From positions 1-43,814 of IMG/VR virus record IMGVR_UViG_3300011423_000014: a stretch of 43,814 bases of DNA; one strand, 5' to 3'. Origin of the DNA: a virus (lineage: Duplodnaviria > Caudoviricetes). How positions within the stretch are numbered: position 1 is the first letter of the stretch; each line of letters begins with the position of its first letter. The position numbers and the translations under genes were made by a program. Shown here piece after piece: positions 24,730 through 33,269 of the stretch. The notes beneath the pieces were generated by a model. The model was not told the DNA's origin, made no database searches, and was given only the letters and a program-made list of their open reading frames with translations.

Positions 24730-25425
24730 GTGATCTCAGCCAAAGTGTTGGTCGGGTTTCCCACCACGGGCCACTGGTCGGATCAGTTCGGGATGGCCAT
24801 GTGCAACATGCTCACCCAGACGATGCGCCACGAGCCTCAAATCGAGATGGCGGTCTTGAACCACAAGACATCCATGCTGTGGGCCGCGCGCCAGCACTTC
24901 GGCGAGATGGCGTTGAAGTACTCCTTCACCCACTTACTGTTCATCGACACCGATCAATCGTTCCCGGCCTCCGTCGTCGCGCGGCTGCTCACTCACCAGC
25001 GGGCAGTCGTCGCCTGTAACATCGCCACCAAGGTCGATCCGCCGATGGAGACCGCCTGCCTCGGCTTCGGCGAGAACGGCAAGCTCATTCCTTGCGAGCG
25101 CATGACCGGCCTCGAGCGCGTGTGGCGCGTCGGCACCGGCGTCATGATGATCAAGTCGACGGTGTTCCACGACATCAAGAAACCGTGGTTCCCGGTGAAG
25201 TGGATCGAGTCCGAACAGCGGTGGCAGGGGGAAGACTGGGGCTTCTGCGAGAAGCTCGAGCAGGCGGGCATCCCCATCTGGGTCGACCACGACACTAGCG
25301 CACTGGTCGGCCATTGGGGCAACAAGATGTATTCCCTCCCGCGGTACGAGGAACATAGAGTGGACAATACCACAGTCATTTACGAAGGGCGCAACGCCGA
25401 CAAGGAGAGCTTACATGGGGCTTGA
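24730..25425 (+). CDS. GT-A fold glycosyltransferase
   Basis: HLLFIDTD (DxD), VGTGVMMIK..VF, PWF, GEDWGFC, IWVD...GH. Confidence 0.85.
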   Translation: MISAKVLVGFPTTGHWSDQFGMAMCNMLTQTMRHEPQIEMAVLNHKTSMLWAARQHFGEMALKYSFTHLLFIDTDQSFPASVVARLLTHQRAVVACNIATKVDPPMETACLGFGENGKLIPCERMTGLERVWRVGTGVMMIKSTVFHDIKKPWFPVKWIESEQRWQGEDWGFCEKLEQAGIPIWVDHDTSALVGHWGNKMYSLPRYEEHRVDNTTVIYEGRNADKESLHGA

Positions 25426-26128
25426 AACAGGCACAGGCATCGGGGATCTGGTCCCCACCAATCCGCTCTCGACCGACGCCGTCTCCTCTGGCGACGACCA
25501 CATCCGCCTCATCAAGACGGTGATGCAAAGCATTACCTTCCTCAAGTCGATCCAGACCTTCACGGCGTCGGGAACGTGGACCCGTCCGGCCAACGTGAAG
25601 CGCATCCTCATTTATTGCCTCGGCGGGGGAGGCGGAGGGAACGGAGCTGCCCCATCGGCACACTCCGGCGGCGGCGGCTCGAGCGGGGCCATCGCCATCA
25701 AGTGGCTCGATGTGTCGGCGATCGCCTCCGGTGCCGTCCAGGTCGGGAACGGCGGAACGGGCGGAGCGGCGACTTCAGGGTTAGGCACCGCCGGGCAGTC
25801 CACTGCCTTCTTCGATGGGGTGTCGTTCAACTGTCTCGCCAGGGAAGGCCAGCCGGGCACGGCTCAATACGAAGGGGGGCCGCCCCTCGCCACCAGTTTC
25901 AGCGTAGGCGACATAGTCTTCCCCGGCACGTACGGCTTCGATGGAACGTTCAGCGGCGCGAATTTAGCCTTCGGCGGGCATGGCGGCGGAACCGGCGGAC
26001 GCACCGATACGGCGGCTCCACCCAACAGCGGCGGCGGCGGAGGAGGAGGATCGGCGTCTCCCGGCGTGGGGAACGGGGGCAGGGCGGGCGGCTCCGGCTA
26101 TTGCATCATCTTGGAGTTCGGGTGGTAA
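25415..26128 (+). CDS. Gly-rich tail/virion fibre-like protein
   Basis: N-terminal L..TNP...D....GDDHIRLIK; FTASGTWT.P and GGGGGG glycine-rich domain. Confidence 0.75.
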   Translation: MGLETGTGIGDLVPTNPLSTDAVSSGDDHIRLIKTVMQSITFLKSIQTFTASGTWTRPANVKRILIYCLGGGGGGNGAAPSAHSGGGGSSGAIAIKWLDVSAIASGAVQVGNGGTGGAATSGLGTAGQSTAFFDGVSFNCLAREGQPGTAQYEGGPPLATSFSVGDIVFPGTYGFDGTFSGANLAFGGHGGGTGGRTDTAAPPNSGGGGGGGSASPGVGNGGRAGGSGYCIILEFGW

Positions 26129-26132
26129 CGCC

Positions 26133-26801
26133 ATGACGCTCGATGAAATGAAGACTCTGCTCGCCGGGCGCCTCGGCCAGCGCACCGACATCGACCAGAT
26201 GATCTACAACGAGATCCGCGAGGCGCAGCGCACGCTTGAAAAGACCCCGCCCTATCCCTGGTTCCTCGCCTACGCCCAGCGCATCGAATATGACAAGGGC
26301 ATCACTCCGCTGGTCCCCGATTTCATCGAGACTTTCGATGACTGGCTCCTGCTCAGAAAGAGAACCGACGAGACCGTATACTGGGCCACTCCGGTCAAAG
26401 TCTACGGCGGGCAGATGGAGCATATTATCGACCCCCGCCCTGGCCGCCCCAGGAACTTCCATATCTACGGGGACAACATAGTCTTGTATCCCAATCCGGA
26501 CGTAAGTTACACCTTCGAGCTTTACTACTACCGGAAGATCGACCCGCTGGTCAGTCCCTCGAGCGAGAACCTTTGGTCTATACAAGCCAACGACCTGCTG
26601 ATCTCAGAAGCCGGGTGGCATGTGGCGCGCAACATCCGCGACAACGAGGCGGCCACGCTGTTCGGGCAGGACCGGGCCGAAGCCCGCCGCCGCGTGGCCC
26701 AGGAAACCACCTCGCGTCTCGAGTCCCGGCGCCGCGCCGTCATCGGCTCCGGCGAAGACGCCATGCTGAACCAAATGACCTGGGAGGCGGGCCACCAGTA
26801 A
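26133..26801 (+). CDS. Head-tail adaptor / tail tubular protein A-like
   Basis: PWFL, L.PDF.E, GRP..F......L.P.PD..Y...L.YY, NLW; position. Confidence 0.7.
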   Translation: MTLDEMKTLLAGRLGQRTDIDQMIYNEIREAQRTLEKTPPYPWFLAYAQRIEYDKGITPLVPDFIETFDDWLLLRKRTDETVYWATPVKVYGGQMEHIIDPRPGRPRNFHIYGDNIVLYPNPDVSYTFELYYYRKIDPLVSPSSENLWSIQANDLLISEAGWHVARNIRDNEAATLFGQDRAEARRRVAQETTSRLESRRRAVIGSGEDAMLNQMTWEAGHQ

Positions 26802-28381
26802 TGATCGTCCCCGTCCAATTCGTCGGCAAGACCGGGTTGATCATCGACCAGCCGCCCTACGACCTGCCGCCCAACTTCTGGAACGACTGCCGCAACGTGC
26901 AGTTCGAACTGGGAGGTGTCCAGAGAGCGCCTTCATGGCACACGGTGACCAATGCCGGAGCCTCTCCGACCCCTTATGGTCTCTTCTTCGTCCACAGCCT
27001 GATCGGCAAGTTCTGGGTCTACACGGGCCTCTCTCAGGTGATGGCTCTCTCCGGTCCGTCCGTCGACGACATCACCCGCCTTTCCGGCCCCTACACCGGA
27101 GGAGCCCAGGACTTCTGGCAGGGCGGGATGTTCAACGACCACCTGATCCTGAACAATGGCGTCGACGTGCCCCAGAACTGGGATCTGCCCAACGCTGCCA
27201 CTGACCTGATCGACCTCCCCAACTGGCCCTCGACTCACCGGGCCAAGGTTGTCACCCCCTTCAAGGAGTTCCTGGTGGCTCTGGATGTGACCATCAGCGG
27301 GGAACGGGACGACCGCCTCGTCATGTGGTCGCACCCGGCTGACCCGCTCAACATTCCGCCCTCCTGGGATGTGGCCGACGAGACACTCGATGCCGGGCAG
27401 ATCTCGCTCTCCGAAGGCGAGGACCGTATCGTCGACGGCATCCAGGTCGGCAACCAGCTCATGATCGGCACCAATGCCCAGACGTGGGCCATGACCTTCA
27501 TTGGCGGCCAGGACATCATGGCCTTCCGGCGGGTCTTCAGCGAGATCGGGTTGCTGGCGCAGGGCTGCGCCACCACGTTCCTCAACAAAGTCTTCCAGGT
27601 GACCGCTGACGACTTCGTCATTCACGATTTGCAGAGTGTCACCAGCATAGGCTATGACCGCACCAAGCGCTGGTTCTTCTCGCAACTGACCCCGGCGAGT
27701 TACGACAAGGTGCGCTGCGTCCGCAAGATGACCGCCAAGGAAGTCTGGATCTGCTTCTCCCACGGCGGCACGGTGGTCAATAACATGGCCCTCGTGTGGA
27801 ACTGGCAGTTCGACACCTGGACGATCCGCGACATCGAGGATAACCATCATGCCATCGCTTCCGGTCCCACCACGCCCACCGCCGGCGCCAACTCATGGGC
27901 CTCGGCGGTCGGAACCTGGGCCGCGCAGGATCCCCTCACCTGGGAATCGAATACCTACGAGCGCTCGGTCGAGGGACTCGCCCTGATGTCGACGGCCTTG
28001 GTCCTTCGGGTCAACGGCGATACGGTGGACGTCGATGACAGCACGGTGAATTACGTCGAGCGCATCGGCGTGGCGGTGAAGGGGACGTCGCGCGGCGAGA
28101 TCGTCATCGACCACGGGCGCCTGGCGGTCATGCGCGAGATCTGGCCCAAGTTCGTCTGCGACGACGGCATCACGTTCTCGATCACCATCGGTTTCTCGAT
28201 GGGCCGCAAAGCGCCGGTGGCGTGGCAGCCCGCGCAGGACTTCACGCAGGGGACGACTGTGAAGCTCGGCTTCTTCGGCACCTTCCGATATCTCTCTTAC
28301 CGGGTCGAGTGCTTCGAGATGGGAGCCAAGTGGAAGCTCATCGGCTTTGACCTCGACCTCGAGCCGACGGCGAGGCTATGA
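26801..28381 (+). CDS. Tail nozzle / tubular protein B-like (beta-propeller)
   Basis: GLI.D.PPYDLPPN.W...NV.F; beta-rich, 526 aa; TAATG coupling. Confidence 0.75.
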   Translation: MIVPVQFVGKTGLIIDQPPYDLPPNFWNDCRNVQFELGGVQRAPSWHTVTNAGASPTPYGLFFVHSLIGKFWVYTGLSQVMALSGPSVDDITRLSGPYTGGAQDFWQGGMFNDHLILNNGVDVPQNWDLPNAATDLIDLPNWPSTHRAKVVTPFKEFLVALDVTISGERDDRLVMWSHPADPLNIPPSWDVADETLDAGQISLSEGEDRIVDGIQVGNQLMIGTNAQTWAMTFIGGQDIMAFRRVFSEIGLLAQGCATTFLNKVFQVTADDFVIHDLQSVTSIGYDRTKRWFFSQLTPASYDKVRCVRKMTAKEVWICFSHGGTVVNNMALVWNWQFDTWTIRDIEDNHHAIASGPTTPTAGANSWASAVGTWAAQDPLTWESNTYERSVEGLALMSTALVLRVNGDTVDVDDSTVNYVERIGVAVKGTSRGEIVIDHGRLAVMREIWPKFVCDDGITFSITIGFSMGRKAPVAWQPAQDFTQGTTVKLGFFGTFRYLSYRVECFEMGAKWKLIGFDLDLEPTARL

Positions 28382-28382
28382 C

Positions 28383-29267
28383 ATGCCCATAGACCGGCCG
28401 CTCCCCGACGACACCCGCGAGGCGCTCAAGATGCTCTGGAGCATCAACGAGGATCAGCAGGCCAATATCGACCGGCACCGCGATTCGCTCCACAAGGTCT
28501 GGCATGTGGCTCCGATCAAACCGCGGGAAGGCATGCTCGTTTATGCCGACGGCGTCAACTGGAATCCTGGGAGCGGCGCCGGTTACTACGTTTATTACGG
28601 GGGCGCGTGGCACGCGATGAGCGGAGGCGGCGGCGGTGTGGCTCCCGTCACCAGCGTCTTCACCAGGATCGGGGATGTTGTCGCCGTCACGGGGGATTAC
28701 ACTGCCGCACAGGTTACCAATGCCGTGTCGACGATCGGCAGTTACCCGAACCCGGTCTGGATTCCATCCTACGCATATAGCAAGCTGACCGGCGTTCCCA
28801 CTTCGTTCCCCCCGGCGGCGCACGTTCACGCTGCCGCCGATACCACGACCGGCATTTTCGCAGTAGCACGTCTTGGGTCAGGTACACCAAGCGCGGTGAA
28901 TTACCTCCGGGGTGATGGCGCTTGGACGGACTTGACTTGGACGACCTCGTCTGACGCGAGAATTAAGCGCAACGTGCGGGACTTGGAGGGCGGCCTCGAG
29001 GTGATCGAAAGGGTGAGACCGATTTCGGCTACCTTCAATGGCCTTGGTGGTACCACCGAAGGAAAACAGATTGTCTCTTTCGTGGCCCAGGAGTTGGCCG
29101 AGATTCTGCCTGATGCTGTTACCAGCCACCGTGGAAAACTCTCGCCAGATGATTCGGATGAGACGGATATTTTGGGTATCGACCCCTATCCGGTATTGAT
29201 CCACTTGGTCCTGGCAGTGAAGCAGTTGACCAAACGTGTGGATGAACTGGAGGCGGCTATTCCATGA
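28383..29267 (+). CDS. Tail fibre/spike with C-terminal intramolecular chaperone (peptidase S74)
   Basis: KPREGM.VYADG.NWNPGSG.G.Y N-terminus; VTSVF.R.G.V; SDARIKRN...AQEL...P..V...L..AVKQL. Confidence 0.85.
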   Translation: MPIDRPLPDDTREALKMLWSINEDQQANIDRHRDSLHKVWHVAPIKPREGMLVYADGVNWNPGSGAGYYVYYGGAWHAMSGGGGGVAPVTSVFTRIGDVVAVTGDYTAAQVTNAVSTIGSYPNPVWIPSYAYSKLTGVPTSFPPAAHVHAAADTTTGIFAVARLGSGTPSAVNYLRGDGAWTDLTWTTSSDARIKRNVRDLEGGLEVIERVRPISATFNGLGGTTEGKQIVSFVAQELAEILPDAVTSHRGKLSPDDSDETDILGIDPYPVLIHLVLAVKQLTKRVDELEAAIP

Positions 29268-29806
29268 GTACTGCAACAACTCCGGTTGAAGAGATTACAA
29301 CTCCGGTTGAAGCCGCGAAGCAGTTGGCTCCGCGCAAGTTGCAAGTTACGCGCATCGCTGCGGACATGGCGATCGAGCCTGCCGTCTGGGTGAGGCTCAC
29401 GCCGTATCTTCAAGAAGCACTTCGCTACTGCCACGGGGAATTGAGCGAGAGTTCCATCAAGGCGCTCGTGGCTGCTGACCGGCAACAAATTTGGGTAGCT
29501 CTTGCGGGCGAAGGCGCGGAGTTACTTGGCGTGATATTAACGGAACTTTCGGAATATCCATGTCTCCGGGTACTCCGCATCGTTCTACTTCAGGGCATCC
29601 ACTTCAAGGATTGGTCGGGCCACGCCCGAGTGGCGCTCGAGATCTTCGCGCGGGAGCAGGGCGCATCGCGGCTCGAGGCTTCCGGACGCAAAGGATTGGC
29701 GCGATTACTCGCCCCACTGGGCTTCGAAGTCGCCTACACCACGTTAATAATGGAGGTCCGCAATCATGGGAAAGAGCGCCGGCGGCAACGTCTCGACGTC
29801 GACTAG
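29264..29806 (+). CDS. GNAT-fold virion-associated protein
   Basis: Q.WV...G...TE...YP..R.L......G.....W......FA...G...LE..GRKG..R.L...GF. Confidence 0.65.
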   Translation: MSTATTPVEEITTPVEAAKQLAPRKLQVTRIAADMAIEPAVWVRLTPYLQEALRYCHGELSESSIKALVAADRQQIWVALAGEGAELLGVILTELSEYPCLRVLRIVLLQGIHFKDWSGHARVALEIFAREQGASRLEASGRKGLARLLAPLGFEVAYTTLIMEVRNHGKERRRQRLDVD

Positions 29807-30671
29807 CAGCTACCCGACTTGGCAACAACCTGCGGTAAAACAGTTTGTTGATGAAAGCACGCGATTGTACCAGCAGGGCGGGCCGAAGCTATCGCCCGAG
29901 CCGCGAGTGGCCGATTTCAATCAGGACGAGCTCGCCGCGCAGAAGCAGCTCGGTGCCGCGGTCACGCCGGCGCAGTACCTCGCTGAGCTTGGGACGAAGA
30001 GCGCGGAGTTCAACCTCGGAGCGGGGCGCGATCCGGCTACGAACCCGTACCTCAAGAATGCGATCTCGGCGGCCGTGGCACCCATCGGCGATCAGTTGCT
30101 GACGCGGGCGCTGCCGGCCATCCGGCACCAGGGGATCGCCAGCGGCGGCTATGGCGGCTCGAGGCAATCGATTGGAGAGGCGCAGGCGGTGCGAGATGCC
30201 GAGCGCGTGGCGGGGGAAGTGTCGTCTGGCCTCGCGAACCAGGGCTATCTGTCGGGTCAGCAGCAGGCGATGCAGACGATGCAGAATATCCCGCAGTTGC
30301 AGGCTAACCTGACGGCGCCGGGTCAGATCACGGGTGCGGTGGGCGCGCAGATCCGGGCGCAGGAGGAAGCGCAGCGGAACGAGAACGCCAACCGGTACGA
30401 GTATGAGCAGCGGTTGCCGTATGAGAACCTGCTGAATTATGGGAATCTCATTCGGCAGCCGTTCGGGGCCGAGGCGCAGTCAGAAGTGAAGGTGCCGCAG
30501 CCGAGTACGGCGTCAGCGATCATCGGCGCCGGGCTGAGTGTTCCGGCTCTACTTCAGATGATCGAGGAGTGGCGCAAGAAGAATCAGCAGACCGCCGGGA
30601 CGCCGCCGATCGTACCGACTGGCACCACGGTAGGCACGCCGCCGGGCGGCACCAGCGGATTCTTCGGGTAA
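29766..30671 (+). CDS. DNA ejection / internal virion protein
   Basis: MGKS.GG..STS...P.W; NPYL; G..GGSR..IG.A.A; GA..R..EE. Confidence 0.7.
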   Translation: MGKSAGGNVSTSTSSYPTWQQPAVKQFVDESTRLYQQGGPKLSPEPRVADFNQDELAAQKQLGAAVTPAQYLAELGTKSAEFNLGAGRDPATNPYLKNAISAAVAPIGDQLLTRALPAIRHQGIASGGYGGSRQSIGEAQAVRDAERVAGEVSSGLANQGYLSGQQQAMQTMQNIPQLQANLTAPGQITGAVGAQIRAQEEAQRNENANRYEYEQRLPYENLLNYGNLIRQPFGAEAQSEVKVPQPSTASAIIGAGLSVPALLQMIEEWRKKNQQTAGTPPIVPTGTTVGTPPGGTSGFFG

Positions 30672-30680
30672 GGAGACGAC

Positions 30681-31583
30681 ATGGTCAGCACTTATAATCC
30701 GAATCCTCCCGGCAACGGCAACACCCGGTGGTGGCTCGAAGATTGGACTGGCGGTAGCGGTAGGGACTACCAGAATCAATCCTTCGAGGAAGCGTACCGG
30801 GAGTTCCTTAGGCAAAGCCAGCAGCCTCCGCAGCCGCAGCCTCCGCCCCAGCAGCCCAACGAGGGGCAGATCGTCAACCAGCCGCAAGATCCCACTGGCA
30901 CCGCGCAAGACCCGGTCTTCTCGACCGACGTGTGGGGCAACAACCAGCCTCTGCAAACTATCGGCTCTAACATCGGTGACCCGACCCTCAACGAGTACCT
31001 CGCGTCCTTGCCGCAAGGGCAGGGCGGCACCGGAGGCGGCTACGACTTTCCCGGTGCCTATGGGGATCCATTCACTTTTGATCCGAATCTTCCGCCCTCC
31101 ACGTTCACCGCAGAGGGCACCACGAAGGTTCACGATTTTCCCGGTGAGTATCCGGTAGAAGAATGGCAACCAAATCTGCCAGTAGGCGGGGTCACGTTCG
31201 ATGCGGAGGGAACTTATAAGCCGCCGCCTGACATCGTCGGCTGGCCTGAATTCAAGTTCACACCCAATAAACCACCGAGAGAATTCCCGGTTTCGATCTG
31301 GCCGATAATCGACAAGGTCAAGAAAGTCATTACCGGTGGTGGCGGCGAAGAAGGCGGAGGGGGAGGCGGAGGGGGAGGCGGAGGCCAACAGAAGCAGCAG
31401 CCGGGAGTGGGCAAGCTCCTCGCCGCGCTGCCCATGCTTGCCGCGTTCCAGGGCGGCACCACCACCACGCCCGCGCCCTACGCGCACCTCGGTCCGCACA
31501 CCCCCGTCGCCCCCGTCTTCAAGCCGCAAGGCCGCGGCAACCCCATTCCCTCGATCGGTCAGCTTCTCGCAGGAGTTAAGTAA
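30681..31583 (+). CDS. Pro/Gly-rich putative internal virion protein
   Basis: AAGGAG SD; position in the ejection module. Confidence 0.6.
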   Translation: MVSTYNPNPPGNGNTRWWLEDWTGGSGRDYQNQSFEEAYREFLRQSQQPPQPQPPPQQPNEGQIVNQPQDPTGTAQDPVFSTDVWGNNQPLQTIGSNIGDPTLNEYLASLPQGQGGTGGGYDFPGAYGDPFTFDPNLPPSTFTAEGTTKVHDFPGEYPVEEWQPNLPVGGVTFDAEGTYKPPPDIVGWPEFKFTPNKPPREFPVSIWPIIDKVKKVITGGGGEEGGGGGGGGGGGQQKQQPGVGKLLAALPMLAAFQGGTTTTPAPYAHLGPHTPVAPVFKPQGRGNPIPSIGQLLAGVK

Positions 31584-33260
31584 ATGCCAGCCATCATGCC
31601 GCCCATCAACCCCAATATCATCGCCGCGCTCGGGCAGTATTTCGGCGGCATGCAGAACCGCACGATCCGCACGCCTCCCTTCGTTCGCCCCGGCAGTACG
31701 GCTCAACGTGGCGAGGTGCTCGGCAGGCCCAGCATGCCTACTCCGGGGATGCCGCAGCCGATGCCGTCCGGTGGCGCTGCCCCGACTGCGCCGGGGGTGG
31801 CTCCGCCCCCCAGATCCTTGGGTGATGCTCTCTCTACCATTCCCATTCAGCCCACGCTGACTCCTACTCCTCGGGCTGCTACTCCGGTTGCTGCCGCTCC
31901 TGCCACGCCGCCTCCCAACTATCAATTGGATCCGGGCGAACTGCCGGAGGGATTCAGCGAGATCAAGGATGCATCGGACGGAAGCCGGAGACTGGTTGAC
32001 GCCGATGGGAATGAGTACGTCTACAACGCCAGCGGCCGCCAGATCAGTGGTCCTCCGCCGCCCGCTGCTGCCGCGCCGTCTGCTGCACCATCCGCTGCTC
32101 CAAGCGCGGAACCGCCCGAGGAAGATACTCCCAGAGCGGCAACGCAGAGGGGCATTAAATCGACTGTCGCCAATGAACTCGGAGGTCGCACTGATGAAGA
32201 TACCGATGGGACTAAGTATGTCTACGACAAGAACAACAAGTTAGTGAAGACAATTGCGCCTCCTGGAGGATCGCCAGTTACTGGCACGCAACCCGGTGGT
32301 GGCGCTCAGGCTCCTGCGTCAATGCCTCAAAAGAAGGGCGGTATCTGGGATAGGTTGACTGACCCCAGCTTAGCCGGTATTGCCTTAGCCGCAGGGCAGC
32401 AGATGACTCGCGCCAGATACCCCGGAGAGAGCGGCATAGGTAACGCCGTTAACGCAGTAACTGCCGGGTACAACACGCTCGCTCAGCAGAGGCAAATGCA
32501 GTATGCCAGAGAGCAGGCTGAACGGGAGCGGAAACTGAAGGAACAGGAAGCCTTCCAGAAGACCGTCGAGAGTAACGCGCGTATCAAGGATTACGAGAGT
32601 CAAGGGGAACGACGGGCTGCGCAATCTACTGAGGCACAGCAGAAGTATGGCCTTGACGCAGCCAAGGCCATACAGGAAGAACTCAAGCAGGAATGGGACC
32701 AGAATATGGCCCTCCTGGAACAGGCTAGGAAGGAAGGCGATACCGCATCGGAGATACAGCGTCGAAAGGACTTGACCAGGATTGCCGATGAGCAACTCAA
32801 GATCTCCGAAAGAACTGTAACTAACGCCGAAGCCAAGCTCGCTGAAGATACCCGTCAGTTCAATCTTGGTCGCATCGACAAAAACCAACTCGACCAGAGC
32901 AGGCTGCAACTCGAACGCATTCGGTCGAATGCCGCCGCCACGCAGGCACAAGCAGCAATGATGAGAGCCGGTGCCGAGCACCTGACTCCCCACGTCAATA
33001 CTGCGACTCGGGTGGTATTGAACCAGATCAACAAGGCGAGGGAGACCGCCGTCAACAACGGTGATCCGTTCACCGAACCGGATGACGAAGCCGTCACTGA
33101 ACGGATCATGCAGGTGGCCGGTGGAATGGCCAACAAGCCAGCGGCTGCTGCTCCCGCCGCCACGCCACAAGGCGAAGCCAAGGTATGGCAAGATCCGAAA
33201 ACCGGCAAGTTAGTCACGCGCGGTCCTGACGGTAATTGGGTCGAAGTTCAGGTGAAGTAA
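31584..33260 (+). CDS. Putative internal virion/ejection protein with coiled coil
   Basis: AGGAG SD; long coiled coil; position. Confidence 0.65.
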   Translation: MPAIMPPINPNIIAALGQYFGGMQNRTIRTPPFVRPGSTAQRGEVLGRPSMPTPGMPQPMPSGGAAPTAPGVAPPPRSLGDALSTIPIQPTLTPTPRAATPVAAAPATPPPNYQLDPGELPEGFSEIKDASDGSRRLVDADGNEYVYNASGRQISGPPPPAAAAPSAAPSAAPSAEPPEEDTPRAATQRGIKSTVANELGGRTDEDTDGTKYVYDKNNKLVKTIAPPGGSPVTGTQPGGGAQAPASMPQKKGGIWDRLTDPSLAGIALAAGQQMTRARYPGESGIGNAVNAVTAGYNTLAQQRQMQYAREQAERERKLKEQEAFQKTVESNARIKDYESQGERRAAQSTEAQQKYGLDAAKAIQEELKQEWDQNMALLEQARKEGDTASEIQRRKDLTRIADEQLKISERTVTNAEAKLAEDTRQFNLGRIDKNQLDQSRLQLERIRSNAAATQAQAAMMRAGAEHLTPHVNTATRVVLNQINKARETAVNNGDPFTEPDDEAVTERIMQVAGGMANKPAAAAPAATPQGEAKVWQDPKTGKLVTRGPDGNWVEVQVK

Positions 33261-33269
33261 GGAGTTCCA

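Noticed and set aside
28383-29267. Diversity-generating retroelement targeting the tail fibre
   Set aside because: No reverse transcriptase and no template/variable repeat pair seen.
29279-29311. Direct repeat ACTCCGGTTGAAG twice
   Set aside because: Simple coding duplication (TPVE TPVE) at a protein N-terminus.
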